A stretch of 51,294 nt of DNA from positions 1 through 51,294 of IMG/VR virus record IMGVR_UViG_3300035670_000302; one strand, 5' to 3'. The position numbers and the translations under genes were made by a program. The stretch is from a virus. Its lineage: Duplodnaviria > Caudoviricetes. Shown piece after piece: positions 15,542-25,800 of the stretch. Numbering within the stretch: the first letter of the stretch is position 1; every line of letters begins with the position of its first letter. Below the pieces are notes generated by a model. The model ran no database searches and had not been told where the DNA came from. It was given only the letters and a program-made list of their open reading frames with translations.

Positions 15542-16200
15542 GACTCGCCCATTCGTACTCATCCATAAAGCTGTTTGAGAACTGCCCGCAACGGTACTAC
15601 CGCCAGCGGATTATCAAGGACATCAAGGACGAGTCCAGTGATGCCAGTGTGTACGGGGATCGCGTACACAAGATGTTGGAGGAACGACTCAAGAGTGACA
15701 CGGAGTTACCGCAGGAGGTCGAGCGGTATGAGTCACTGTGTCGTGCTGTCGAGAAGCTGGTGGCTATCGGTGGGCAACTGCACATCGAGAAAGAACTTGT
15801 CCTGACAGAGAACCTGACACCTACCGGTTGGTGGGATGGCGATGCGTGGCTCCGCTCCAAGCTGGACGTGCTGATCATCCACGGCACAACGGCTGTGGTC
15901 ATGGACTGGAAGACTGGCAAGCGGCGTCCTGATTTCTTCCAGATGCAGATGTTCGCGGCGCAGGTATTCAAGCACTACCCAGAGGTGATGACGGTCAAGG
16001 CTACGCTTGTCTGGCTGAAAGACATGGCGATGGACACTGAAATCTACAAGCGTGAATACGTTAATAGTGTATGGGCCGACATCATGCGGCGCATCAAACG
16101 TATATACGATGCACTGGAGCATGACACATGGCCGGCGAAACCCAGTGGGTTATGTAACTACTGCCCTGCGAAACACGACTGCAAATTCTCACAGAAGTAA
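15538..16200 (+). CDS. PD-(D/E)XK exonuclease (RecB/Cas4-like)
   Basis: SYSS...CP, G..VH, KLD...DWKTGK, Q...F, C-terminal C..CP...C; start reassigned to ATG 15538. Confidence 0.88.
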   Translation: MRLAHSYSSIKLFENCPQRYYRQRIIKDIKDESSDASVYGDRVHKMLEERLKSDTELPQEVERYESLCRAVEKLVAIGGQLHIEKELVLTENLTPTGWWDGDAWLRSKLDVLIIHGTTAVVMDWKTGKRRPDFFQMQMFAAQVFKHYPEVMTVKATLVWLKDMAMDTEIYKREYVNSVWADIMRRIKRIYDALEHDTWPAKPSGLCNYCPAKHDCKFSQK

Positions 16201-16220
16201 CTTGACGGAAGTGTAACGCT

Positions 16221-16550
16221 ATGGCTAGACTAACTCCAGAAAGTAAAGTTAAGGCGAGGATTACCACGTTACTGAAGAGTTACGGTGTGTGGTATTTCTT
16301 TCCAGCGATGAATGGCTTTGGTACGGCAGGTGTCCCTGACATTATCTGCTGTGTCGATGGGATATTCGTCGGAGTCGAAGCGAAGGCAGACAAAACCAAG
16401 AAGCCTACCAAGTTGCAGGTACTATGCGGCGAACGCATACAGGCAAGCGGGGGCTACTGGATGGTAGTTTGTGACGAGGATTCGATTAAAAAATTGGAAG
16501 ACCTGATATGCGTATTGTTGAAAACGCGAGGGCAATCGCTCTCAAATTGA
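16221..16550 (+). CDS. VRR-NUC domain nuclease / resolvase
   Basis: PESKVK...GVPDII...GVEAK...TKLQ. Confidence 0.85.
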   Translation: MARLTPESKVKARITTLLKSYGVWYFFPAMNGFGTAGVPDIICCVDGIFVGVEAKADKTKKPTKLQVLCGERIQASGGYWMVVCDEDSIKKLEDLICVLLKTRGQSLSN

Positions 16551-18061
16551 ATAACCCTAACAGGGTGCTAGACAGCATACCCACGGCGAAGCCTCTGAGT
16601 CATGCAGGTATTGACTTGGCGGTGGTGCCTCATCGTCTCGATGAGGTGCGGGTACTGCGGAACCTTGGTATCAAGGCTCCGTCACCGATCCTGCACTACT
16701 ACAACTGGCCCGGTCAGTACAAACCGTATGACCACCAGCGTGAGACGGCGGCGTTCCTGACGCTACACCGGCGTGGGTTGGTACTGAACGACATCGGTAC
16801 GGGCAAGACCATGAGTTGCCTGTGGGCGGCTGACTACCTCATCCGTACCAAGGCAGTCCGTAAGGTGCTGATCCTCTCCCCGCTGTCCACACTGCAACGG
16901 GTGTGGGGTGATGCGATCTTCACCAACTTCATCGACCGTGAGTTTGTTGTACTGCACGGGTCGGCAGAGCGCAGGAAGAAGTTACTGGCTACTGATGTGG
17001 ACTTCTACATCATCAACCACGATGGTTTCCCGATCATCGCCGACAGTACGATAGGTATGTTTGACCTTGTGATCGTGGACGAGGCGGCGGTTCTGCGTAA
17101 CGCCCAGACCCAACGGTACAAGATGTTTGCCCGTTACATGGACAAGAGTCCGGAGTCGTGGCTATGGTTGATGACTGGGACGCCGACACCCAACGCACCT
17201 ACCGATGCGTGGGCTTTGGCCAAGCTGGTGCAGTCGCCGTTCTGTGCGAGGACATACACTGCGTTCCGTGATCAGGTGATGCACAAGGTCACACAGTTCA
17301 AGTGGATACCCAAGCCTGAGTCCGTGGAGATCGTGAAGCACGTTCTCCAGCCGGCAGTGCGGTACACACGGGACGAGTGCCTTGACTTGCCTGACACGGT
17401 TATCCAGACACGGCAGGTGGCCCTGACTCCCGAGCAGAAGAAGCACTACCAGACTATGCTCAAACATTTCTCCGTGCAGATGGCATCCGAGGGGTCTATC
17501 ACTGCGGTCAACGAGGCGGTGAAGTTGCAGAAGCTGGTGCAGATCGCTTGCGGTGTGGCCTACGGCGATGATGGGCGGCACATTGAACTCGACGCATCGC
17601 CACGGGTGAACTTGGTACGGGACTTGATCGAAGAGGTGGGTGAGAAGGTCATCGTGTTTGTGCCACTGACCGGCACACTGCACATGCTGGAGAAGGAATT
17701 ATCCAGATATTTCACGGTGGCTGTGGTAAACGGGGAGGTGTCTGCCACCAAGCGGTCGGAGATATTCCGACAGTTTCAGGATGAGCGTGACCCTCATGTA
17801 CTGATTGCACACCCCGGCACGATGGCACACGGTCTGACGCTGACCACGGCTTCTACGATTATCTGGTATGGCCCGAGCAACAGTAATGAGACATACCAGC
17901 AGGCCAATGGTCGCATCGAACGTATCGGTAAGAAGCACGTCTCCAACGTAATACATATTGAGGGGACAGAGTTGGAGGCGAAGATGTACGAACGCCTCCG
18001 TAACAAACAGAAACTACAGGGCTTACTGCTCGACTTGATCCAAGAACAAACGAGGAAATAA
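16508..18061 (+). CDS. SNF2-family (SF2) helicase
   Basis: DIGTGKT, DEAA, MTGTP, HGLTLT, QANGRIERIG. Confidence 0.92.
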   Translation: MRIVENARAIALKLNNPNRVLDSIPTAKPLSHAGIDLAVVPHRLDEVRVLRNLGIKAPSPILHYYNWPGQYKPYDHQRETAAFLTLHRRGLVLNDIGTGKTMSCLWAADYLIRTKAVRKVLILSPLSTLQRVWGDAIFTNFIDREFVVLHGSAERRKKLLATDVDFYIINHDGFPIIADSTIGMFDLVIVDEAAVLRNAQTQRYKMFARYMDKSPESWLWLMTGTPTPNAPTDAWALAKLVQSPFCARTYTAFRDQVMHKVTQFKWIPKPESVEIVKHVLQPAVRYTRDECLDLPDTVIQTRQVALTPEQKKHYQTMLKHFSVQMASEGSITAVNEAVKLQKLVQIACGVAYGDDGRHIELDASPRVNLVRDLIEEVGEKVIVFVPLTGTLHMLEKELSRYFTVAVVNGEVSATKRSEIFRQFQDERDPHVLIAHPGTMAHGLTLTTASTIIWYGPSNSNETYQQANGRIERIGKKHVSNVIHIEGTELEAKMYERLRNKQKLQGLLLDLIQEQTRK

Positions 18062-18063
18062 CA

Positions 18064-18318
18064 ATGGATGATATGTCTCCCGACCAGTTTATGGAGGGGG
18101 TATCGGATCGCGCTGGTAAAGTCCAAGACCTTATCCCCGCCGTTATGACGGTAAACGAATTGATACTGTGGACATCCGCACTCCTGCGAACCAGTGCTGA
18201 ACTGGTGCAGTGCGCGGGTTTCGATAGATCAGCAGTCGTGAAGATTTTTGAAGACTACCTCGCACAGGTAGAGCAACTGGCAAAAGACGGCGTATATACA
18301 CAGGAGCGAATACACTAA
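18064..18318 (+). CDS. Hypothetical protein
   Basis: GAGGA SD, operon packing. Confidence 0.7.
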   Translation: MDDMSPDQFMEGVSDRAGKVQDLIPAVMTVNELILWTSALLRTSAELVQCAGFDRSAVVKIFEDYLAQVEQLAKDGVYTQERIH

Positions 18319-18719
18319 TGAGTGTCACAGTGGAGCAAGCAATCGGCGCATACATGAAGTTGCGCCTACAGAAAGAAGAGATCGAAGGTCAGGTCAAGAC
18401 GCAAGTCGCCGAGATCAAGGCCAAGATGGAGAAGCTGGAAGCGTGGATCAAGGAACAGGCTGACGCCCAAGGCGTTACCAGTTTCAAGACCAAGGCCGGC
18501 ACGGCGTTCCTGACGACTGCGGACTTTGCGACCGTGGCCGACTGGGATGCACTGCTCAGTTTCATCCGTGAGAACGAGGCTTTCGATATGTTTGAGAAGC
18601 GCGTCAGCAAGATTGCTGTGCGTGGCTACATCGAAAAGTTGAAAGCTGTACCGCCCGGTGTCAACTACGGCACCAAACTTGAAGTCAACATCCGTAAACC
18701 AACTGCTAAGGTAGAGTAA
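18318..18719 (+). CDS. Conserved phage replication-module protein
   Basis: Coiled-coil N-terminus, V.DWDA...F, VPPGVN. Confidence 0.8.
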   Translation: MSVTVEQAIGAYMKLRLQKEEIEGQVKTQVAEIKAKMEKLEAWIKEQADAQGVTSFKTKAGTAFLTTADFATVADWDALLSFIRENEAFDMFEKRVSKIAVRGYIEKLKAVPPGVNYGTKLEVNIRKPTAKVE

Positions 18720-18720
18720 A

Positions 18721-19728
18721 ATGAGTAACCTCATTCCCGCTAACGTCAAAGTCCCCGCCCATCTTGTGGCTCGTATGAACCAACCTTCCGCTCTCGCCCA
18801 GTCCATGACTGGCGGTCTCGGTGGTGGTGAGTCCTTCCCCCGTATCTCCATCAAGGGCGGTCGCTTCCGCATCAAGGAAGGCGATGTCGAGACTATCCTC
18901 GACTCGACCAAGCTGGACGTGGTCATCGTGGGTGCCAACCCCAAACTTTCCAAAACTTATTACGCCAAGGAGTGGACGAAGGATGCAGAACCCGCCGCGC
19001 CAGACTGCTTCTCCCTCAACGGAACCAGCCCCGATGCGTCCGTGGAGAACCCGCAAAATGATCTCTGCGCCACATGCCCACACAACGCATGGGGATCAAA
19101 GACCACTGCCAACGGCCAGCAAGTTAAGGCTTGTTCTGATCAGAAGCGGCTTGCTGTCGTGGCGGCGGATGATCCAAGCGGCCCTGTGTATCTGCTTTCT
19201 GTTACTCCTGCGGCTCTCAAAGGGCTGAACACCTACCAGAAAGAACTCTCCATGCGTGGTATCCCGCCCGAAGTGGTCAAGACCCGTGTGTCTTTCGACA
19301 CTGACGCGAGCTTCCCCAAGCTGGTGTTTGGTTTCGGCGGCTTCCTCGACGAGGATACCCAAGCTATCGTTGACGAGTTGTTCGGTACGGACAAGGTGAA
19401 GGAGATCACTGGCGAACTGGTCAAGGCACAACCCGTGCAGATTCAGGCACCCCGTCAGTCTCCGGTCAAGCCGGCACCCGTGGCCGAGAAGCCCGCTCCC
19501 AAGGCCAAGCCTGCCCCGTCAGTCTTTGCCACAGAAGAGGAAGAGGAAGTGCCTGCTACCCCTGCACCCGCCGCTCCCAAGCGCGGCTTCGGTGCCAAAG
19601 CAGAGGCTCCTGCGGCGGCTGAGAAACCAGCACCCAAGGCCAAGGCGGCACCCAAGGCTGAACCCGCTGGTTCTTCACTGGCTGACGAGATTGCCGCACT
19701 GATTGGCGAGGTGGCCGACGATGAGTAA
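18721..19728 (+). CDS. Probable ssDNA-binding/recombination protein
   Basis: PRISIKGGRF, PDCFS, CATCPHN.WGS, KACS; Pro/Ala/Lys linker and acidic C-terminal tip. Confidence 0.65.
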   Translation: MSNLIPANVKVPAHLVARMNQPSALAQSMTGGLGGGESFPRISIKGGRFRIKEGDVETILDSTKLDVVIVGANPKLSKTYYAKEWTKDAEPAAPDCFSLNGTSPDASVENPQNDLCATCPHNAWGSKTTANGQQVKACSDQKRLAVVAADDPSGPVYLLSVTPAALKGLNTYQKELSMRGIPPEVVKTRVSFDTDASFPKLVFGFGGFLDEDTQAIVDELFGTDKVKEITGELVKAQPVQIQAPRQSPVKPAPVAEKPAPKAKPAPSVFATEEEEEVPATPAPAAPKRGFGAKAEAPAAAEKPAPKAKAAPKAEPAGSSLADEIAALIGEVADDE

Positions 19729-20002
19729 ACCCATCGACTTCACGAAGGTGGAGTCGCTGAGGCGTCACATGCTCCTGACGCAAGCTGATATGTCGGTTAT
19801 CTTGTCTGTCTCACGGATGACGTACTACTCTTGGGTGGGGGGTAAACCCCTACGCAAGAATAATGAGGTCAAGGTCAAAACTACAATCAAGAAGTTGTTG
19901 TCAGTTATGACCAAGCATGGTTGGCCCATGCCGGAAATCTGTGCGATGGATCAGAAAGGCCGGCGACAGCGGCTCTTGGAACTACTGGCCGACGAACAAT
20001 AA
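19721..20002 (+). CDS. HTH (Cro/XRE-like) DNA-binding protein
   Basis: LRRHMLLTQADMSVILSVSRMTYYSW; GAGGTG SD. Confidence 0.75.
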   Translation: MSKPIDFTKVESLRRHMLLTQADMSVILSVSRMTYYSWVGGKPLRKNNEVKVKTTIKKLLSVMTKHGWPMPEICAMDQKGRRQRLLELLADEQ

Positions 20003-20039
20003 CTATAGGGGGGAGTCGCCTCCCCCCATTGGGAGCAAT

Positions 20040-22877
20040 ATGGACACGCTGAGTTTTCTTCAGCGGGTTCTTCCAACTGACGGGCTGTACTGCGCCATGT
20101 TCCTGCAAGACGGGGCGGCGCGGCATGGTTTCTTCGGCTCTGTGGAGGGGCTTGCAGAGGCGTCGACTAAACTCGACGCACTAGGATTGAATGTTTATTA
20201 CGCGGTCTCGACCTTCAATGGGAAGAGACGCAAGCAGGACAACGTCTGCCAAACCAAGGTCATCGCCGTCGATCTCGACGTGGGTGAGGGGGAGAAGAAG
20301 TACCCCACATGGCAGGCGGCGCTGAAAGATTTAGGTCGGTTCATCACACAGGTGGGACTTCCCAAACCTGTGGTAATTCATTCTGGCGTGGGACTGCACG
20401 TCTACTGGGTACTCAGCGAAGCGCTGGTGCCCGCGCAGTGGCAACCTCTGGCAAGCGCCATGAAAGCCTGTGCCCTTGGTAATGGCCTGCGGATTGACCC
20501 GTCAGTGACAGCAGACAGTGCCCGTGTTCTACGGGCTATCGGGACGACAAACCGCAAGAATGACCAGCAAGTACGCTTACTGATCGACGCCCCTGACGTG
20601 GACGTTGACGACCTGACAAGTTGTTTTGGTACGAACGCCCCTGTCTCAGTACGCCCTGCACCACAGCGGTCGTCTGGACTGGCTGACTCACTGGCGGTCA
20701 AGTACGAGTTCCCACCGGCCAACGCCGAGACCGTGGTCAGCAAGTGCGCTCAGTTACGGTGGGCAGTCGAGAACCAGAAAGATGTTCCTGAACCATTCTG
20801 GTATTCCATCATGGGTATCGCGGCGTTCTGCCATGACCCAGAGGCGACAGCCCTGCGGTGGAGCAGTGACCACGAAGACTTCGACCCCAACTCCACACTC
20901 CGCAAGATGTACCAGTGGCAGAAGGCGGCGACAGGGCCGACAACCTGTAGCCGACTGGAGGCAGAGCGACCAGCAGGGTGTAAGGGTTGCCCTTACAAGG
21001 GCAAGATTGGTTCCCCCACCCGCCTCGGTGCCCAGTTCGACGAGGTAGCCGCGCCGACCAACGCCCCTGACCAGACGGCACTGGCAGTCCCAGTACCCAA
21101 GCCGTTCAAGCGGACGGCGTCTGGTATGAAGTTGACGATTGATGATACGGACATAGACATTTGTCCGTTTGATATATACCCAGTATCCTACGGTCGTGAT
21201 GACTCGCTGTCCTATGAGGTGGCACGGTTCAGTTGGAACCGCCCACACATAGGCTGGCAACCGCTGGTACTAAGACACGCATATCTTGCAGACGGACACC
21301 GTGAATTCTCGTCGGCCATCGCTGACCAAGGGATAGTCCTCTACAACAAGAAGCAGACGGAGTACTTTCAACTCATGCTCAGGTCATACCTAGAGTCCCT
21401 GAAACAGACGCGCACGATGACCAACCTCTACGCCACGATGGGCTGGAAGGAGAAGTTCTCGGAGTTCGTCATAGGTAACACCATCATCCGGCGTACTGAC
21501 ACGGGTGTGGTTGAGGACAGTATCAATCTGTCGTCCGGCTCACAGAAGCTAGGCAACGAACTCTGGACGCAGAGCGGGACGCTTGAAGACTGGGTGGCGT
21601 TCACCAACCTGCTCCAGAAGGCACAGATGCCGTGGCATATGTTCGCCCTTGCCGTGGGTATCTCCGCTCCGCTGTACGCCTTCACCGGTCTCAAGGGTAT
21701 GACCCTCTCGCTCTACGGCCCGACCGGCGGCGGCAAGACGCTCGTCCAGTACTGGCAACAGTCCGTATGGGGTAGCCCCGAGAAGCTACACTTCACCGCC
21801 AAGTTCACACAGAACGCTTTGTTCTCACGCCTTGGTCTGTACAGCCACCTGCCCATGACCATCGACGAAGCCACGATGGTGGACGACAAGGACGTGGGTG
21901 ACTTCCTGTACTGGGTTACGCAGGGCCGAGACAAGGCACGACTGACCCGTATGTCAGAGGAACGGGATGCAAGGACGTGGGCAACGCCCAACACTATCTC
22001 CACAAACAAATCATGGAATAGCAAGCTGACTGCCTCCGGCTTGGAGACTGACGCACAGATGGCCCGCTTGCTGGAGATCAACGTCCCACAGCACCCGCTG
22101 TTCATGAAGAACTCCAACGCCGGTCGGCGCATATACGAATTCCTGTCCACCAACCACGGGACGATGGGTCGAGCGTTCATCCACAAGTTGATCGCCCTTG
22201 GCGAGGATGGCATCCGTGCCATGATCGCAGAACACACAGAGAAGTTTCCACGCCTCTACAACTGCAAGTTCTCAGGGCAGGAGCGGTACTGGGAGCAGAT
22301 GGTCATACTCGCCGACCTTGCCGGTAAGCTGTGCCAAGAGTGGGGACTGATCGACTTTGAGTACACACTGGGTACCAACTGGGTACTGGAACAAATGGGT
22401 GCCATCCGTAAGAACTTGGCCGAGAACCGGATGGACATATTCGATCTGCTCACCGAGTACATGAACACCTACGCCAACACCGCCGTCACCGTCATGCACA
22501 CGGTCGGCCAGAAGCCCGTCCTAGACTACGCTCGTCTCCCCCGTGGCGACATCCGCATCCGCTTCGACATCTACCGTCCTGCCGCTACACAGCGGTTCGA
22601 CAGGGGTACAATGCTGATCGACCGCACCCACTTCCGGAAGTGGCTGTCTCTCCGTGGCGCAGACTATAAGACGTTTATGAATGAGGTAGAGGCTGAGCGG
22701 GTGGATGCCACACCCAAGTCTGGCAAGGCGTCCCTCGCCAAGGATACCCCAGTGAAGCTAGGCCAGTCGTATGTCTTCGGTCTGAACCTTAGCCATAAGC
22801 GACTGGCGGGTATCCTTGATGAGGTGGATCAGGCCGCTGACGACCTGATGTATGGCCAACTCAAGGCTGTGAAGTAG
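20040..22877 (+). CDS. Primase-helicase (RepB/AEP-like primase, Cys cluster, DUF927-like helicase)
   Basis: DLD, SGVGLHVYW, D.ARVLR, C...C..CPY, Walker A GPTGGGKT, TIDE; start reassigned to ATG 20040 (GGGAG SD). Confidence 0.88.
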   Translation: MDTLSFLQRVLPTDGLYCAMFLQDGAARHGFFGSVEGLAEASTKLDALGLNVYYAVSTFNGKRRKQDNVCQTKVIAVDLDVGEGEKKYPTWQAALKDLGRFITQVGLPKPVVIHSGVGLHVYWVLSEALVPAQWQPLASAMKACALGNGLRIDPSVTADSARVLRAIGTTNRKNDQQVRLLIDAPDVDVDDLTSCFGTNAPVSVRPAPQRSSGLADSLAVKYEFPPANAETVVSKCAQLRWAVENQKDVPEPFWYSIMGIAAFCHDPEATALRWSSDHEDFDPNSTLRKMYQWQKAATGPTTCSRLEAERPAGCKGCPYKGKIGSPTRLGAQFDEVAAPTNAPDQTALAVPVPKPFKRTASGMKLTIDDTDIDICPFDIYPVSYGRDDSLSYEVARFSWNRPHIGWQPLVLRHAYLADGHREFSSAIADQGIVLYNKKQTEYFQLMLRSYLESLKQTRTMTNLYATMGWKEKFSEFVIGNTIIRRTDTGVVEDSINLSSGSQKLGNELWTQSGTLEDWVAFTNLLQKAQMPWHMFALAVGISAPLYAFTGLKGMTLSLYGPTGGGKTLVQYWQQSVWGSPEKLHFTAKFTQNALFSRLGLYSHLPMTIDEATMVDDKDVGDFLYWVTQGRDKARLTRMSEERDARTWATPNTISTNKSWNSKLTASGLETDAQMARLLEINVPQHPLFMKNSNAGRRIYEFLSTNHGTMGRAFIHKLIALGEDGIRAMIAEHTEKFPRLYNCKFSGQERYWEQMVILADLAGKLCQEWGLIDFEYTLGTNWVLEQMGAIRKNLAENRMDIFDLLTEYMNTYANTAVTVMHTVGQKPVLDYARLPRGDIRIRFDIYRPAATQRFDRGTMLIDRTHFRKWLSLRGADYKTFMNEVEAERVDATPKSGKASLAKDTPVKLGQSYVFGLNLSHKRLAGILDEVDQAADDLMYGQLKAVK

Positions 22878-25800
22878 GGTAGCTCAACAACGTATCCAGT
22901 TCCTCAATCGTCGCTTGGGCGGCTTTACCCACCGCCCTGAGCGACCGCTCCTTCGCTGGACGCTCCGCTTCCTTCAGTGCCCGTCTGGCATTGGCGACAA
23001 AGTCCCGAATCTCCAGCCCCGTCCCCTTCGCCCCTACGTTCCACTCCCTCACCGCCTCTTCGACTCGCCGCGCCTGCTCTGGGTCTTTACCGATCATGGC
23101 CTTCACCCATGCCCGCTTGTATGAACCACTAACTTCTCTCTGGTAGTCAGTGACACGGTTGGTCAGTTTGATCGTCTCGTAGGCTTCAGACGGTGCCGCC
23201 GGATAGAACCCACCCATCCGCGCCAGTACCGTCATCATGGTCACATCAGGCGTTACAACGTAGCCCTTCTTGTCGATGACTGCACCAGTCTGCGCGTAGA
23301 CGTATGCATCCCCCATGGCCCGCATCATCGTGACAGGTGACTCACGGAACACATCCGCAATGGATGTCTTCTCAGTTGTCGCCGCACTCAGGGCCGCACC
23401 CATGGAGGTCGCCGCTCCGATCATGGCTGACGCCGCAGGGCCGAGTATTTCCTTAACTTGTTGTCCTACGTCTGCACCTGCCAGCAGTATCTCCGTGCCC
23501 GGAATGAAGTCCCCCGTTGATACCCTTGACGCAATATCTACCGCCGACAGCGAGTTGAATACTCCTTTCAAGAGATACGGCGATACACCGGGAGCGATGC
23601 TGTCCAGCAACTTCGCCAGTTCAAACCGGACGCTACCCATGGACAGGCCGAGCTTCTGCGCGATGGTGTCGAGCAAGTCCTCAAAGTCTTCAGCGAACGG
23701 CATACCTGCCAGACCGGAGAGTAGCCACATACCCGCCAGCATTTGTATCTGCCCCGTTCGGGACAGGCGAGCGAGCGTCTGGATCGTGGTCGTCGGGTAC
23801 ACCTTGTACATATACAGGAACGATTGCAGACCACTACGCCATGCGGGAGGTCTGTTGATGACCGAGTACTCACCCATCGTGTAGCGGATGGCATCGACCG
23901 CAGACTTCCGAGCTTGCTCTATCGCCTGTGCTTCGCTCATCTTGGAGGCAATCGCACGGTTGTAGGCCAGACGGAAGGTCGCCAGTCCCAGTGACCGGCG
24001 AGCGGCTTGTTCTGTGGAGTTGAACGTCCACATCCACGCATCCATTAACTTCTGTCCAGCACCTGACGTGATACGCCCACGGGCTGTGTTCGCCAGTGCG
24101 TTGGACTGTGCGGGGATCATCACACCCTCACGGATTTCCTGCGCTATGAACTTGGCTTCAGCCTCGGTCAGTCCGTACTGCTTCTGCAAACGGTTGTCAC
24201 CCGCGATCCGGTCGTAGAACAGGGAAGTATTGAACTCCGAGTTACCGATGGCACGGGCGAGACCTACTTCACCTGACGCCTTGGAGAACGCGGCGACTGC
24301 GTTACCGTAGCCGAAGCCCTCACCGAAAGCTGTCTTCTCGTTGTAGGTAGCGAGGTAAGGGAAGCTGTTGGTGAACAGACCGATGTAGTTCAGTGCGCCA
24401 GTAGCCAGCGATCCACCGAGTTGCATCATGCTGGTGTACGCACGGATGGAGGACACGACTTTACCCGCACCGAAGTCAGACTCGTCGAGGCTCTTGTTGC
24501 TATCCAAGAACGTCAGCAAACGCGAGGCTTCGCTGTAGTACATATTGTCACGGCTTGCCCGCCCTTCAGGCTTGGTCTTGTCCACCATGTACTTGTACTC
24601 ATAGTACGCCCGCTTGGCCGCAGTCACCTGCTCCGGCGTGGCATCCGGCGTCTTACTCAGCCTGTCCCACTGGTCTTTGAGATACTTGAGCTTGGGGACC
24701 CCATCGACTTTCTCTTCGGCCTTCCATATGTCCATCGTGGACGGCAGGCTACGATCCATCAGTGCGTTGAGTTGCGGCCGCATTGCCACCTTGGCGATTG
24801 TAGAGGCACGGCTGTCGATGTGCTGTGACACAGCGGCAACGCCGTCCATGTCAGCACCGGGGACAAACGAGCGTTGCAGTCTCTTACGCGCCTTGTTGTC
24901 CTGCTTGGTCAACGCGACAATAACCTGCTCCATCTTGTTAGGCGTCAGCACGATACTGAACCGACGCAGTCCATGGATGAACTCGTTGAGGTTGAGAGCA
25001 GGCGGCGCGGCAACGCTGTTCAGCACCGCTCCGGATTCTGCACGGAGTATTACGTCCTGTAGCTCATAGCTTCCAGTGTTCTCATTGAACACCTCGATCT
25101 TATACGTCCGTACCTTGCCATCCTCTGCAAACAGTTGGTTGTTTATCAGGTTGGCCGCTTCAAGCGCGTCAGATTCCGTCTCATGTTGGGTGTAGCTGAG
25201 TTGGTCTTTGTACTCAGACTTCAGCCGCACTGGGTTACCTTCTTTGTCGTAGGCAACCACACGCACTTGGTAATCGCCCTTACGGAGCAATGGCAGATAG
25301 CCAGTAGCCAGCGTGGTCTTGGTGTACTTATCGCCCCCAAGGTTACTCAGTTCTGCCATGAGAACTTCTTTCAGTTTGTTCTGGACGAGGAACTTACGAT
25401 CCTCCGTCTTGGCAAACCGTTGCTTGAACTCCGTCAGTGAAGCGATGAGGTCGTCATACTGCTTGTCGAACGCAGTACCAGCCAGTACATCCTTGAGTTC
25501 TGCGTTCTTATCGGACTCGTTGGCGATGAGCAATTCATTCATCTTGGCGATGAACTCGTTGGCTTTGGTCATCGACTCTTCGCTATACGACTCATCCCCG
25601 TCCTTGTCCTTGATAGGGTTGGATGTCCATATCGTCTTATAGGTGTTGTACACCTTCTCCAAGAAGGCGTTGTCTGCGCCGGTCAGAGTGCCGTCGCGCA
25701 TGGCCTTGGCGATACTGCGATAGGCGTTCTTACTTTCCTGTATGAATGACGTGTACCGCGCCTGAAGAAGTTTCAGTTCGACATCTGCCATCGACTCACG

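Noticed and set aside
15538-16200. Cas4 as evidence of a CRISPR system
   Set aside because: Stand-alone PD-(D/E)XK nucleases are routine in phage replication modules; no other cas genes are present
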